NCBI GenBank assembly: GCA_049974095.1
Contig: JBMFJD010000004.1
Location: 1-32,000 of the forward strand
DNA length: 32,000 nt
Direction: 5' to 3'
Source: Nanopusillaceae archaeon
GTDB lineage: Archaea; Nanobdellota; Nanobdellia; Nanobdellales; Nanobdellaceae
Positions within the stretch are counted from its first letter, which is position 1. Every line of letters starts with the position of its first letter. Below are positions 23,950-32,000 of this stretch, piece after piece. Under the pieces are notes generated by a model. It ran no database searches and was not told the DNA's origin. It worked only from the letters and a program-made list of their open reading frames with translations. The position numbers were made by a program, and so were the translations under genes.

Positions 23950-24837
23950 TTAAACCTTTTGTATAACTACCAATAATAATTTTTTATTCCCATGATATAA
24001 TATAATGTTTTCAATAATTCTAAGATTATATTTTTTAATATAAGATTCTATATCTAAAAGAATTTTTTCATAATTTTCTTTTTTATTATATAATAACAGA
24101 AATAATTTTCCATTCTTTTTTAACAATTTATTAGAATGAAAAAATATATATTTATCCTTTTTATTTAACTCTTCATCTTTTTTTATCCTAAAAGTAAATA
24201 TTTTATCTATAAATTCTTCTTTAAACTTTAAATCTATCCATTCTATATTTATACCTCTAAAATAAATAATATTACTAACTAAAGCTTTCTCTGCATTTTT
24301 TTCTATACTATATAATAGATCTTTATCTTGATTCACACAATATATTTTTCCTTTTATCTTATCTTTTATATTTTCAAACTTTTCTAATAAACTTGAATAT
24401 TCTAATATTTCTCTTTTTCTAAAAAACATTGGAGGTATATTTTTTAATAATAATCCTTCTTCTATAGAAAAAGATCCATCATCCTGAAGATTTAAAATAT
24501 TCTCATCTTCTTTTATATTAGAAAATATTAAAATCTTTAATACAAAAGTACTTTTTAACTTTTTTATCTTTTTAATTTCATATTTTCTATCATAAAGATT
24601 TTTTAATAAAAAAATTTCTTTATTACCTTCAATTTTATATATTTTATCTATTGTTCTAGATAGATATAATAATTTTAATCTTTCTTCAAAATCTAAATTT
24701 AGAAATATATATACTTTATTATTTTTTTCTAATTTTTTATATTCAACATCCTTATTTAAAATATTTTTTATTTCATCAATTGTTATATTTTCTAATCCTT
24801 TATCAGTTACACATATGGTATTATAAAATTTTTCCAT
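23950..24837 (-). CDS. hypothetical protein, THUMP/methyltransferase-like but degenerate
   Basis: The N-terminus FYNTICVTDKGLENITIDEIKNIL resembles the start of THUMP-domain RNA methyltransferases (f.atc.kGlE..l..El). KIYCVNQDKDLLYSIEKNAEKALVSNIIYFRG resembles the post-motif-I region. I could not find a GxGxG/DPxxGSG SAM motif. Confidence 0.35.
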   Translation of the reverse strand: MEKFYNTICVTDKGLENITIDEIKNILNKDVEYKKLEKNNKVYIFLNLDFEERLKLLYLSRTIDKIYKIEGNKEIFLLKNLYDRKYEIKKIKKLKSTFVLKILIFSNIKEDENILNLQDDGSFSIEEGLLLKNIPPMFFRKREILEYSSLLEKFENIKDKIKGKIYCVNQDKDLLYSIEKNAEKALVSNIIYFRGINIEWIDLKFKEEFIDKIFTFRIKKDEELNKKDKYIFFHSNKLLKKNGKLFLLLYNKKENYEKILLDIESYIKKYNLRIIENIILYHGNKKLLLVVIQKV

Positions 24838-24848
24838 TATACTAATTT

Positions 24849-25235
24849 ATGAAAATAATTTTATTTTTAATTTCTATTTTTGCATTAATAATTTCTACTT
24901 ATACAAGGAGATATATAAAAGAAGAAATAGAAAAATACAATAAAATATTTAAAATATTGTCATCGATATTTTTAATTTCTTTATTATATTATAATTTTCT
25001 TTTAATAATCTTTATAATTTTGTATATTATAATTTTATTTAAAAAAGAAATATATATAATAGCTCTACAAATTGCAATATTATCTTATTTATCCTTTATA
25101 AATAATTTTTCAAATTATGTTTTATTTTCTTTAGTCCTTTTATTTATTATTTTTTCTTCTTTCTCTTATACAAATTCTATATATATTAAAAAGATTATTT
25201 ATATTTATGGATATAAAAGAAGTAATAAAGAATAG
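24849..25235 (+). CDS. hypothetical integral membrane protein
   Basis: This 128-aa ORF has about four hydrophobic segments. An ORF this long is unlikely by chance in a stop-rich AT genome. It overlaps the next gene by 29 nt and shows no homology. Confidence 0.45.
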   Translation: MKIILFLISIFALIISTYTRRYIKEEIEKYNKIFKILSSIFLISLLYYNFLLIIFIILYIIILFKKEIYIIALQIAILSYLSFINNFSNYVLFSLVLLFIIFSSFSYTNSIYIKKIIYIYGYKRSNKE

Positions 25236-25812
25236 AAGAAGTATAAGAAAATATTTAAAGGAAGATATACCATATGAGGATATAATTGAGATAATAAGTT
25301 ATGGTATTTTAGCTCCAAATGCTGGAAATATTCCTCATTATTATTTTATTATAATAAAAGATCCTGAAAAAATAGAAAAGATTTCTAATTTATCTAATCA
25401 AGAATTTATAAAAGATGCAAATACATTAGTAGTAATTGTTTCTGATGATAAAAAATTGGAAGCATTATATGGAAAAAAAGGAAAATTCTATGCAATACAA
25501 GATATTGCAGCAATAGTAGAAAATATATTATTAGCTGCTACAGATAAAAATATCGGAACATGTTGGATCGGAAGTTTTGATGAAGAAAAATTAAAGGAGC
25601 TATTAGGAATACCAAAAGATAGAAGTATTCATGTATTAATAACAATGGGATATCCTGATGAAAAACCAAATCAACCAATTAAACCAAATTTAAATGATAT
25701 AATTTTCTTTGAAAAATGGGGAAATAAATTATATAAACCTCAATTTTATCCATTAATGCAAAATATAAGAAATATAATCAATTATTTAAGAAAAAGCTTT
25801 GAAAAATTATAA
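25207..25812 (+). CDS. nitroreductase-family flavoprotein
   Basis: VIKNRRSIRKYLKEDIPYEDIIEIISYGILAPNAGNIPHYYFIII is present, followed later by GTCWIG. These are typical nitroreductase-fold signatures. Confidence 0.85.
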   Translation: MDIKEVIKNRRSIRKYLKEDIPYEDIIEIISYGILAPNAGNIPHYYFIIIKDPEKIEKISNLSNQEFIKDANTLVVIVSDDKKLEALYGKKGKFYAIQDIAAIVENILLAATDKNIGTCWIGSFDEEKLKELLGIPKDRSIHVLITMGYPDEKPNQPIKPNLNDIIFFEKWGNKLYKPQFYPLMQNIRNIINYLRKSFEKL

Positions 25813-26640
25813 TAATTTCTTTTCAGCTAATGATTCTTGGGCAGGCTTTAGTTTTGGTAATATATTATCAATTAATTGATCTATAAATCTTGCTAATGCA
25901 GGAGCATATAACCAAACTGCAACATCCATTGATGACATTATCTCTCTTTCATCAAATAGCATCATTAATAACTCTTCAGAATCTACTGTTACAACTCTTC
26001 CTCTAAAGTTCTCAGCATCATATATTTCTACAACATTCATCAACTCTTGTACATATTTTGCATTTTCTTCATTTATTGGTGTAATAATTCTTACAGGTAT
26101 CTGTCTTTCCTTTAATTCAAAGAATACAGGTTTTAATACAATAGCATTTCTGACAAATGTCAATTCTGTTGTAGCAATATTTACTTGTTTTTCAGCTTCC
26201 TTTAGCATTGATTCTAAATGGCTTATAATATTTTGTTGTCCCCTTAATGCTCCAGATTTTTCAGAAATATCAATTGCTGATGATCCTGACTTATGTAAAG
26301 CTTCTAATTCTTGAATTAATTCGGAACTTTTAACTTTTTCTAACTCATTAATTTTTCTTTGAATATTTTCTTCATATCTCTTTTTAACTCTTTCTACTAC
26401 TTCATTTGGGGGAATAGCAATATATTTTATTGGTTTTCCTAATTTCATGATTACAAATCCTTTCTTTTCCAAAGATTCTAAAACATCATATGTTCTAGAT
26501 CTTGGAATATCAGCAATATCTGCTAATTCTCCAGCAGTTGCTATACCTTTTGACAGTAGAGCTAACCAAACTCTTGCTTCATAAGTATTTAAATTAAAAG
26601 CTGATTTTATTGCATTAACTAATTCTTCGCTTACAACCAT
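25807..26640 (-). CDS. TrmB-family transcriptional regulator
   Basis: The N-terminal wHTH reads LNTYEARVWLALLSKGIATAGELADIADIPRSRTYDVLESLEKKGFV. It is followed by a coiled coil and a C-terminal effector-like domain. The protein is 277 aa. Confidence 0.85.
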   Translation of the reverse strand: MVVSEELVNAIKSAFNLNTYEARVWLALLSKGIATAGELADIADIPRSRTYDVLESLEKKGFVIMKLGKPIKYIAIPPNEVVERVKKRYEENIQRKINELEKVKSSELIQELEALHKSGSSAIDISEKSGALRGQQNIISHLESMLKEAEKQVNIATTELTFVRNAIVLKPVFFELKERQIPVRIITPINEENAKYVQELMNVVEIYDAENFRGRVVTVDSEELLMMLFDEREIMSSMDVAVWLYAPALARFIDQLIDNILPKLKPAQESLAEKKLL

Positions 26641-26673
26641 ATAATAATTATAAAAACAAAAATTTAAAAAAAG

Positions 26674-28368
26674 CTAGCCTCTTTGGTTCTCATATAGGTT
26701 CTCCAATCTTGTTAATGTATCTGCTTCTTCAGGAGATTTATCAGGTCTTAACCTAACAAATCTTGGAAATCTTAAAGCATAACCAGATGAATATTTGGGA
26801 CTTTTCTGTATTTCATCATATAATACTTCTATCACAATTTTTGGTTTTATTTTAACAAATTTTCCCTCTTGACTTTCAATTAATGGTTTCAGCATTTCTG
26901 TCATATCTTCAAATGTTACATCATCTGGAGTCTCTTTTTTCTCTTTAAATCCACTTCCTACTTCACCTACTTCTAAAAATCTTCCTGTTTCTTCATCTCT
27001 AATAGCAATAACAAATGATGTTAACCATCCACTTCTTTTACCTTCACCCCATTCAGCACCAACAATTACAACATCTAGAGATTCCTTTACAGGTTTTAAT
27101 TTAACCATATATCCAACTCTCCTTCCTGGATGATATGGAGCATCTATTTTTTTAAACATAACACCTTCTAATCCATTTTTTATTGCTTCTTCAAAAAATT
27201 TCTGTGCCTCTTCATCAGAAGATGTAACTATATTTTCTGCTAAAGAGATTTTTCCTAGTGCCTGCTTTACAATGGATTCTAATATTTTTCTTCTTTCTTT
27301 AAATGGAGAATTTAATAACGATTTCCCATCATAATATATTATATCAAATAATCTTACTTCTACAGGTATTTCTTCTACCATTTTTTCAATATCATATTTC
27401 CTCTTTATTCTTTGAGAAATTCTTTGAAATGGTAAATATTTTTTATTTTCTTTATCATATCCGACAATTTCTCCTTCAACTAAAAAATCTTTATCCATTG
27501 GTAAACATTCTTTTACATATTTTATTACATCTGGAAATTGTTTTGTAACATTTTCTAATCTTCTAGTCCATAACATTATTTCATCTCCTTTCTTATGTAT
27601 TTGTACCCTAAATCCATCATATTTATATTCTACTTCTGCTGGCCTTCCAACAACATCTAATGCTTCTTTTGCACTTTCTGCTTTTATTGCTAACATTACT
27701 CTAATTGGATTTCCCAAAATTGGTTCTAATTTAAATATAATATCCTTTCCTTTTTCTAATATTTGTTTTACTAATTCTCCAAAATCATTTAATAATGAAT
27801 ATGCCATTTCCACATTTTCCGCAGGTAATCCAAATGCTGTTGCAATTGCTTCAATAATTATTCCTTCTCCTACTCCAATCTTTAAATCTTCTAATGCCAA
27901 TCTAGCAATATATCTTGCTTCGACTGAAGAAGATGATACAAACAAATTTGCTAAATATTTTATTTTCTTATCTTGAGCACCTTCTCCTTCTAATTCTCCA
28001 ATTAACCTAAAAGTATTATATACATCCTTTATTGTTAATTTTTTTACAAATATTGTCTTTTGTTTTCTTTCACTTACTAATTTTTCTGCAATAATCCCCA
28101 AATCTCCGGTTTTTACAAACAGATTTTCTATATAATTTTTATCATAACCTGTTGCAATTGCTAAAGCTCTTATTGTTAACTTTTCTCCTATTCCTAATTC
28201 CTTATCTTCCCATGGATAAAATATCATTCCTTGAATTAACATAAATGTTTCTTTCAAAGATTCTTTATCTATTTCTTTAATAAATCTTGCAAGAATATCT
28301 GTTTTAGTAGTTTTTTCAGATACAGATTCCAATCTTTTAAATGTCTGAGCTAATTTCTCAAATTCCAT
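26674..28368 (-). CDS. lig: ATP-dependent DNA ligase
   Basis: The adenylation motif I is EYKYDGFRVQIHK. Motifs LVEGEIV, EGVMFK and VKLK are also present, as is the C-terminal OB domain. The 564-aa length is typical of archaeal Lig. Confidence 0.95.
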   Translation of the reverse strand: MEFEKLAQTFKRLESVSEKTTKTDILARFIKEIDKESLKETFMLIQGMIFYPWEDKELGIGEKLTIRALAIATGYDKNYIENLFVKTGDLGIIAEKLVSERKQKTIFVKKLTIKDVYNTFRLIGELEGEGAQDKKIKYLANLFVSSSSVEARYIARLALEDLKIGVGEGIIIEAIATAFGLPAENVEMAYSLLNDFGELVKQILEKGKDIIFKLEPILGNPIRVMLAIKAESAKEALDVVGRPAEVEYKYDGFRVQIHKKGDEIMLWTRRLENVTKQFPDVIKYVKECLPMDKDFLVEGEIVGYDKENKKYLPFQRISQRIKRKYDIEKMVEEIPVEVRLFDIIYYDGKSLLNSPFKERRKILESIVKQALGKISLAENIVTSSDEEAQKFFEEAIKNGLEGVMFKKIDAPYHPGRRVGYMVKLKPVKESLDVVIVGAEWGEGKRSGWLTSFVIAIRDEETGRFLEVGEVGSGFKEKKETPDDVTFEDMTEMLKPLIESQEGKFVKIKPKIVIEVLYDEIQKSPKYSSGYALRFPRFVRLRPDKSPEEADTLTRLENLYENQRG

Positions 28369-28399
28369 AAAAAATAATTTATAGAAAAGAAATAAAAAA

Positions 28400-29488
28400 C
28401 TATATTAATAAAGTTTCTATTCCTAAGTTTGTATCCTTTACAAATTTACCAGTTTCCCATTCTTCTTTCCATTTAGATAATACATATGGACTCTTTACAC
28501 CAGAAATTATGACTGTAGCTTTTATTCTTCCTTTCATTGATTCGTCAATTCTTGCACCTAATATTGTTAATGAATCTTCTCCTAAGTATTTCCTTACATA
28601 TTCTGCTACTTCATTTACTTCTTGTAAACTCATATCTGGACCTCCAGTTACATGTATTAATGCTCCTGTTGCTCCTTCATAATTAACATCTAGTAATGGT
28701 AATTCCATTGCTCTTTTTGCTGCCATTTTTGCTCTTTCTTCTCCATCAGCAACACCAATACCAACTATAGATGCCCCTCCACCAACACTTAATACTGTTT
28801 TTACATCTGCGAAATCTAAATTAATATATGAAGGTGTTGCAATTGTTTCAACTAATCCCTTTATCATTTGACCTATAATGTTATTTGCATATCCAAATGC
28901 TTGTGTAACTGGTAAATTACCTGCATATTGTAATATTTTGTTATTATCGATTAATATAACATTATCAGCATATTTTCTTAATTGTACTAATCCTTCTTCT
29001 GCTTTTTCTCTTCTTACAATTCCTTCAGATGCAAATGGTAATGTTGCAACTGCAACAACTAATGGTACCCCTGCTTCTTTTGCTATTTGAGCTACAATTG
29101 GAGCTCCTCCAGTACCAGTTCCACCTCCTAATCCTAGCATTATCCAAACCATATCTGCACCTTCTAATAACTTCTTCAAATCGCTTTGGGATGCTCTTGC
29201 AGCTTCTGCTCCTTTAGATGGTAATCCTCCAGCACCTAATCCTTTTGTTACATCTTTTCCTAATAAAATCTTTCTATGAGCTTTAACAGTTTTTAGATGA
29301 GCATAATCTGTATTTGCAGCAATAACTTCTGCTCCTTTAATATCCATTTTATATAACCAGTCTGCCATATTAGAACCTGCTCCTCCAGCTCCGATTATTT
29401 TTATTGTTGGTACCAATTTAAACTCCTCTCCTGGCTGCACTCCTATTATTTCTTCTCCCGTATCTTTATTATAAATTGTTTCTTCCAT
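28400..29488 (-). CDS. ftsZ: cell division GTPase FtsZ
   Basis: The motifs IGAGGAGSN, the tubulin signature GLGGGTGTGGAPIVAQIAKE, and NTDYAHL are all present. Confidence 0.95.
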   Translation of the reverse strand: MEETIYNKDTGEEIIGVQPGEEFKLVPTIKIIGAGGAGSNMADWLYKMDIKGAEVIAANTDYAHLKTVKAHRKILLGKDVTKGLGAGGLPSKGAEAARASQSDLKKLLEGADMVWIMLGLGGGTGTGGAPIVAQIAKEAGVPLVVAVATLPFASEGIVRREKAEEGLVQLRKYADNVILIDNNKILQYAGNLPVTQAFGYANNIIGQMIKGLVETIATPSYINLDFADVKTVLSVGGGASIVGIGVADGEERAKMAAKRAMELPLLDVNYEGATGALIHVTGGPDMSLQEVNEVAEYVRKYLGEDSLTILGARIDESMKGRIKATVIISGVKSPYVLSKWKEEWETGKFVKDTNLGIETLLI

Positions 29489-29774
29489 AGTATACTATAA
29501 ACTTTACTAAATTAAAAATATTTTTCTATTATATTAATATTAATTTAATTATTTTATTAAATTTTCAAAATTTTAATATTGGTTTTAACGCAAAAATAGG
29601 TCATTACATTTTTATTTATTAATAAACAAAATTCTTGCAAAAGATAAAAAATTGAGTTAAGATAAACATTAATGAAAATATTTATAAACATATATATTAT
29701 CTACTTTACTGTAAATATTAATATGATAATCATAGAGAGATATATTTATAAAAGTTTCTTTTAAATTTACTATT

Positions 29775-30071
29775 ATGAAGTCAGAATCCGCTGCTGGAAT
29801 TGGACTTTTATTTCCGGCTTTACTATTATTTGCAACAATAGCTACTACTGCAAACTATTTAGTAAAAGATATTCAACATATGAATAGTGGATTGATAGCA
29901 TATGCAAATTGTGCTCAAAATATGATGAACTATGCTTTTTTGGGGCAAGTATATAATTTCACACAATGTTATTTAGAACAGATAAATCAAACAAATCTAA
30001 ATTGTTATTACAATAGTACAAATATTATTTGCAATTTGGATGAATCAGAATATATTTACCCATTAAGTTAA
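29775..30071 (+). CDS. small Cys-rich secreted or membrane-anchored protein
   Basis: This is a 98-aa ORF. The N-terminus MKSESAAGIGLLFPALLLFATIA loosely resembles an archaellin/pilin class III signal (A-x-G-I-G-x-L). It has 5 Cys residues and the sequons NFT, NQT and NST. I recognise no family. Confidence 0.4.
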   Translation: MKSESAAGIGLLFPALLLFATIATTANYLVKDIQHMNSGLIAYANCAQNMMNYAFLGQVYNFTQCYLEQINQTNLNCYYNSTNIICNLDESEYIYPLS

Positions 30072-30095
30072 AAATTTTTTTATTAAAAATTTTTT

Positions 30096-31367
30096 ATGAA
30101 ATATGTAAAAGTTAAAACAAAAGATAACAAAATATTTGAAGGAATTTTAGTTAACGAAACACAAGAATTTATTATAATAAAATTAAAGAATGGATATAAT
30201 ATTGGTATAAAAAATGAAGATATTGAAAATATTGAAAGAAAAGAAATTGAAGAAGAGAAAAAACAAAGGGATATAAACGTACCTAAAAGGGAAAATAAAA
30301 TATCTGTAATAGCCACTGGAGGAACAATTTTATCTAGAATTGATTATAGAACTGGAGGAGTACATATGCTAACAAAACCTGAAGAATTGATAGATCTCGT
30401 ACCAGATTTGTTGGATTATGTTGAAATAAAAAAATTAGAAAGACCATTTTCAATTGCTTCAGAAGATATGATACCTGATAATTGGATAGAAATTGGAAAA
30501 ATTGCTATAAATTTATTAAAAGATGATATTAAAGGAATTACAATATTACATGGAACAGATACTATGCATTATACATCTGCAGCTTTATCATTTATTATAA
30601 GAAATCTAAATAAACCAATAAGTTTAACTGGATCTCAAAGATCTTCAGATAGACCATCTTCAGATGCTTTTTTAAATTTATTATCTTCAGCAATTTATGA
30701 TAATTCAGATATTGCTGAAGTAGCAATTGTAATGCATGAATCTCCTTCAGATAATTTTTCTTATGCACATAGAGGAACAAAAGTTAGAAAAATGCATACT
30801 GAAAGAAGAGATGCTTTTCAATCAATAAATGATTTACCTTTAGCAAAAATATATCCATTAGAAAGAAAAATAGAAATAATGAATAAAAATTATAGAAAAA
30901 GAAATAATGAAGAACCATATCTTGACTATAAATTAAATAAAAAAGTTGCTTTAGTAAAAGCATATCCAGGTTCTGATCCAGATATTTTAAAATATTATAT
31001 AGATAAAGGATATAAAGGAATTATAATTGAAGGGACTGGATTTGGACATGTTCCAACAACACCTGCAGATATTAAATATTCTTGGATTGAAAATATAAAA
31101 TATGGAAGAGAAAAAGATGTTATATTTGTTATGACACCTCAAACAATATTTGGAAGAGTAAATCCTTTTGTATATAGCAATGCAAGATTATTATATAATT
31201 TAGGAGTAATATATGCAGAAGATATGACTCCAGAAACAGCATATGTAAAGTTAATGTATGTTCTAGGACATACAGAAAATTATGAAGAAGTTAGAAAAAT
31301 GTTTTTAACAAATATTGCTGGAGAAATAAATAGAAAAAGCTTATATGAATTTTTTAATGAACAATAG
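30096..31367 (+). CDS. gatD: Glu-tRNA(Gln) amidotransferase subunit D
   Basis: The N-terminal GatD domain contains IIKLKNGYNIGI. The asparaginase-like core contains ISVIATGGTILSRIDYRTGGV and HGTDTMHYTSAALSF. Confidence 0.9.
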   Translation: MKYVKVKTKDNKIFEGILVNETQEFIIIKLKNGYNIGIKNEDIENIERKEIEEEKKQRDINVPKRENKISVIATGGTILSRIDYRTGGVHMLTKPEELIDLVPDLLDYVEIKKLERPFSIASEDMIPDNWIEIGKIAINLLKDDIKGITILHGTDTMHYTSAALSFIIRNLNKPISLTGSQRSSDRPSSDAFLNLLSSAIYDNSDIAEVAIVMHESPSDNFSYAHRGTKVRKMHTERRDAFQSINDLPLAKIYPLERKIEIMNKNYRKRNNEEPYLDYKLNKKVALVKAYPGSDPDILKYYIDKGYKGIIIEGTGFGHVPTTPADIKYSWIENIKYGREKDVIFVMTPQTIFGRVNPFVYSNARLLYNLGVIYAEDMTPETAYVKLMYVLGHTENYEEVRKMFLTNIAGEINRKSLYEFFNEQ

Positions 31368-31683
31368 ATCCTTCTTTTATATCTTTATCTACAGTTATTA
31401 ATGATAAATTTCCATTTCCATCTTCTGCAGCTAAAAGCATTCCCTGAGATTCTATTTCTCTAAATATTTTTGGTTGTAAATTATATACAATAACTATTTT
31501 TTTATTCAATAAATCTTCCTTTTTATACCATTGTTTTATTCCAGATACAATTTGTCTTATTTCTCCTCCAACATCTACTTTCAAAATATATAATTTATCA
31601 GCATTCGGATGATCTTGTACATCTATTACTTTTCCTATCTTTAATTCTATTCTTTTAAATTCATCAATTGTTACATATTCCAT
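31354..31683 (-). CDS. stand-alone tRNA-binding domain protein (Trbp111/CsaA/MetRS C-terminal-like OB fold)
   Basis: FKRIELKIGKVIDVQDHPNADKLYILKVDVGGEIRQIVSGI...QGMLLAAED is the canonical tRNA_bind domain. It overlaps the gatD 3' end convergently by 14 nt. Confidence 0.85.
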   Translation of the reverse strand: MEYVTIDEFKRIELKIGKVIDVQDHPNADKLYILKVDVGGEIRQIVSGIKQWYKKEDLLNKKIVIVYNLQPKIFREIESQGMLLAAEDGNGNLSLITVDKDIKEGSIVH

Positions 31684-31712
31684 TTAAAATTATTTCTAGA
31701 AATTATTTATAA

Positions 31713-32000
31713 ATGGATAAAGTCAAAGATATTAAAGTAAATAAGGAAACAAAATTGAAAGATTTAATAGAAGAATTTAAATATACGGGAGGATTTCAAG
31801 CACAGGAGTTATATAGAGCATATGAAATATTGAAAGAAATGCTAAACGATAATAATACAATAAAAGTATTAAGTTTTCCTGCAGATATAATTGCTACAGG
31901 AATTAGAGGATTAATAAAGGATATAATAAAAAATAAATTGTTTGATATAATTATTACAACAACAGGTACATTAGATCATGACATTGCAAAACTAGTAAAA
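31713..32000 (+). CDS. dys: deoxyhypusine synthase, N-terminal fragment (runs off the window end)
   Basis: The ORF starts at the ATG at 31713. It reads MDKVKDIKVNKETKLKDLIEEFKYTGGFQAQELYRAYEILKEM...LSFPADIIATGIRGLIKDIIKNKLFDIIITTTGTLDHDI. This matches the DHS pattern (GGFqA...l.f.sn.issGlR...Dv.vTTaG..eeDi). Confidence 0.8.
   Translation, partial: MDKVKDIKVNKETKLKDLIEEFKYTGGFQAQELYRAYEILKEMLNDNNTIKVLSFPADIIATGIRGLIKDIIKNKLFDIIITTTGTLDHDIAKLVK

Noticed and set aside
27303-29217. Three + strand ORFs (27303-27548, 28878-29090 and 29029-29217) lie inside the DNA ligase and ftsZ genes.
   Set aside because: They are antisense shadows of high-confidence genes.
30083-30780. Two minus-strand ORFs (30083-30316 and 30595-30780) lie opposite gatD.
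   Set aside because: They are antisense shadows, and gatD has clear asparaginase-domain motifs.
1-32000. I looked for CRISPR arrays, rRNA genes, transposases, integrases and IS elements.
   Set aside because: I saw no regularly spaced direct repeats of CRISPR type, no large GC-rich RNA-gene-sized islands other than the three tRNAs, and no ORF with transposase, integrase or Cas-like motifs.

Overview
This window is a very AT-rich (roughly a quarter GC by eye), tightly packed archaeal chromosome segment. It carries three GC-rich tRNA genes and about 40 protein genes, many with overlapping or abutting stop and start codons.

Recognisable housekeeping genes:
- Replication, division, topology: FtsZ, ATP-dependent DNA ligase, and a stand-alone topoisomerase half of reverse gyrase.
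- Translation: ribosomal L7Ae, an L39e-like small ORF, aEF-1beta with its Zn-ribbon partner, GatD, and the start of deoxyhypusine synthase.
- tRNA modification: Taw1, a MiaB/MtaB-type methylthiotransferase, and a Trm10-like SPOUT protein.
- Regulation and other: a TrmB-family regulator and a nitroreductase.

The window also has a small carbon and energy node. It consists of PEP synthase, a gamma-alpha fused 2-oxoacid:ferredoxin oxidoreductase subunit, the ADP-forming acetyl-CoA synthetase alpha subunit, and a glycogen-synthase-like glycosyltransferase.

My inference is that the source is a genome-reduced hyperthermophilic archaeon of the Nanoarchaeota/DPANN type. The basis is the split reverse gyrase, the contrast between GC-rich tRNAs and an AT-rich genome, and the scrambled operons. 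This is not proven from the window alone.

Most notable observations:
1. A cluster of three type IV pilin-like genes sits at 6354-9329. Two are tandem paralogs whose 5' 223 nt, including the promoter, differ at only 2 positions while their centres diverge. The third fuses the pilin signal to a DUF2341/LamG-like domain.
2. A ~46-nt hairpin-containing repeat is present twice in inverted orientation, about 7.6 kb apart.
3. A single in-frame TAA splits the acetyl-CoA synthetase alpha gene exactly at a domain boundary.
4. The reverse gyrase topoisomerase half is encoded alone and is translationally coupled to aEF-1beta.
5. A tRNA has a non-canonical anticodon loop (C33, U37).
6. Two conserved small ORFs are missing from the ORF track.

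I saw no CRISPR array, rRNA gene, transposase or integrase.
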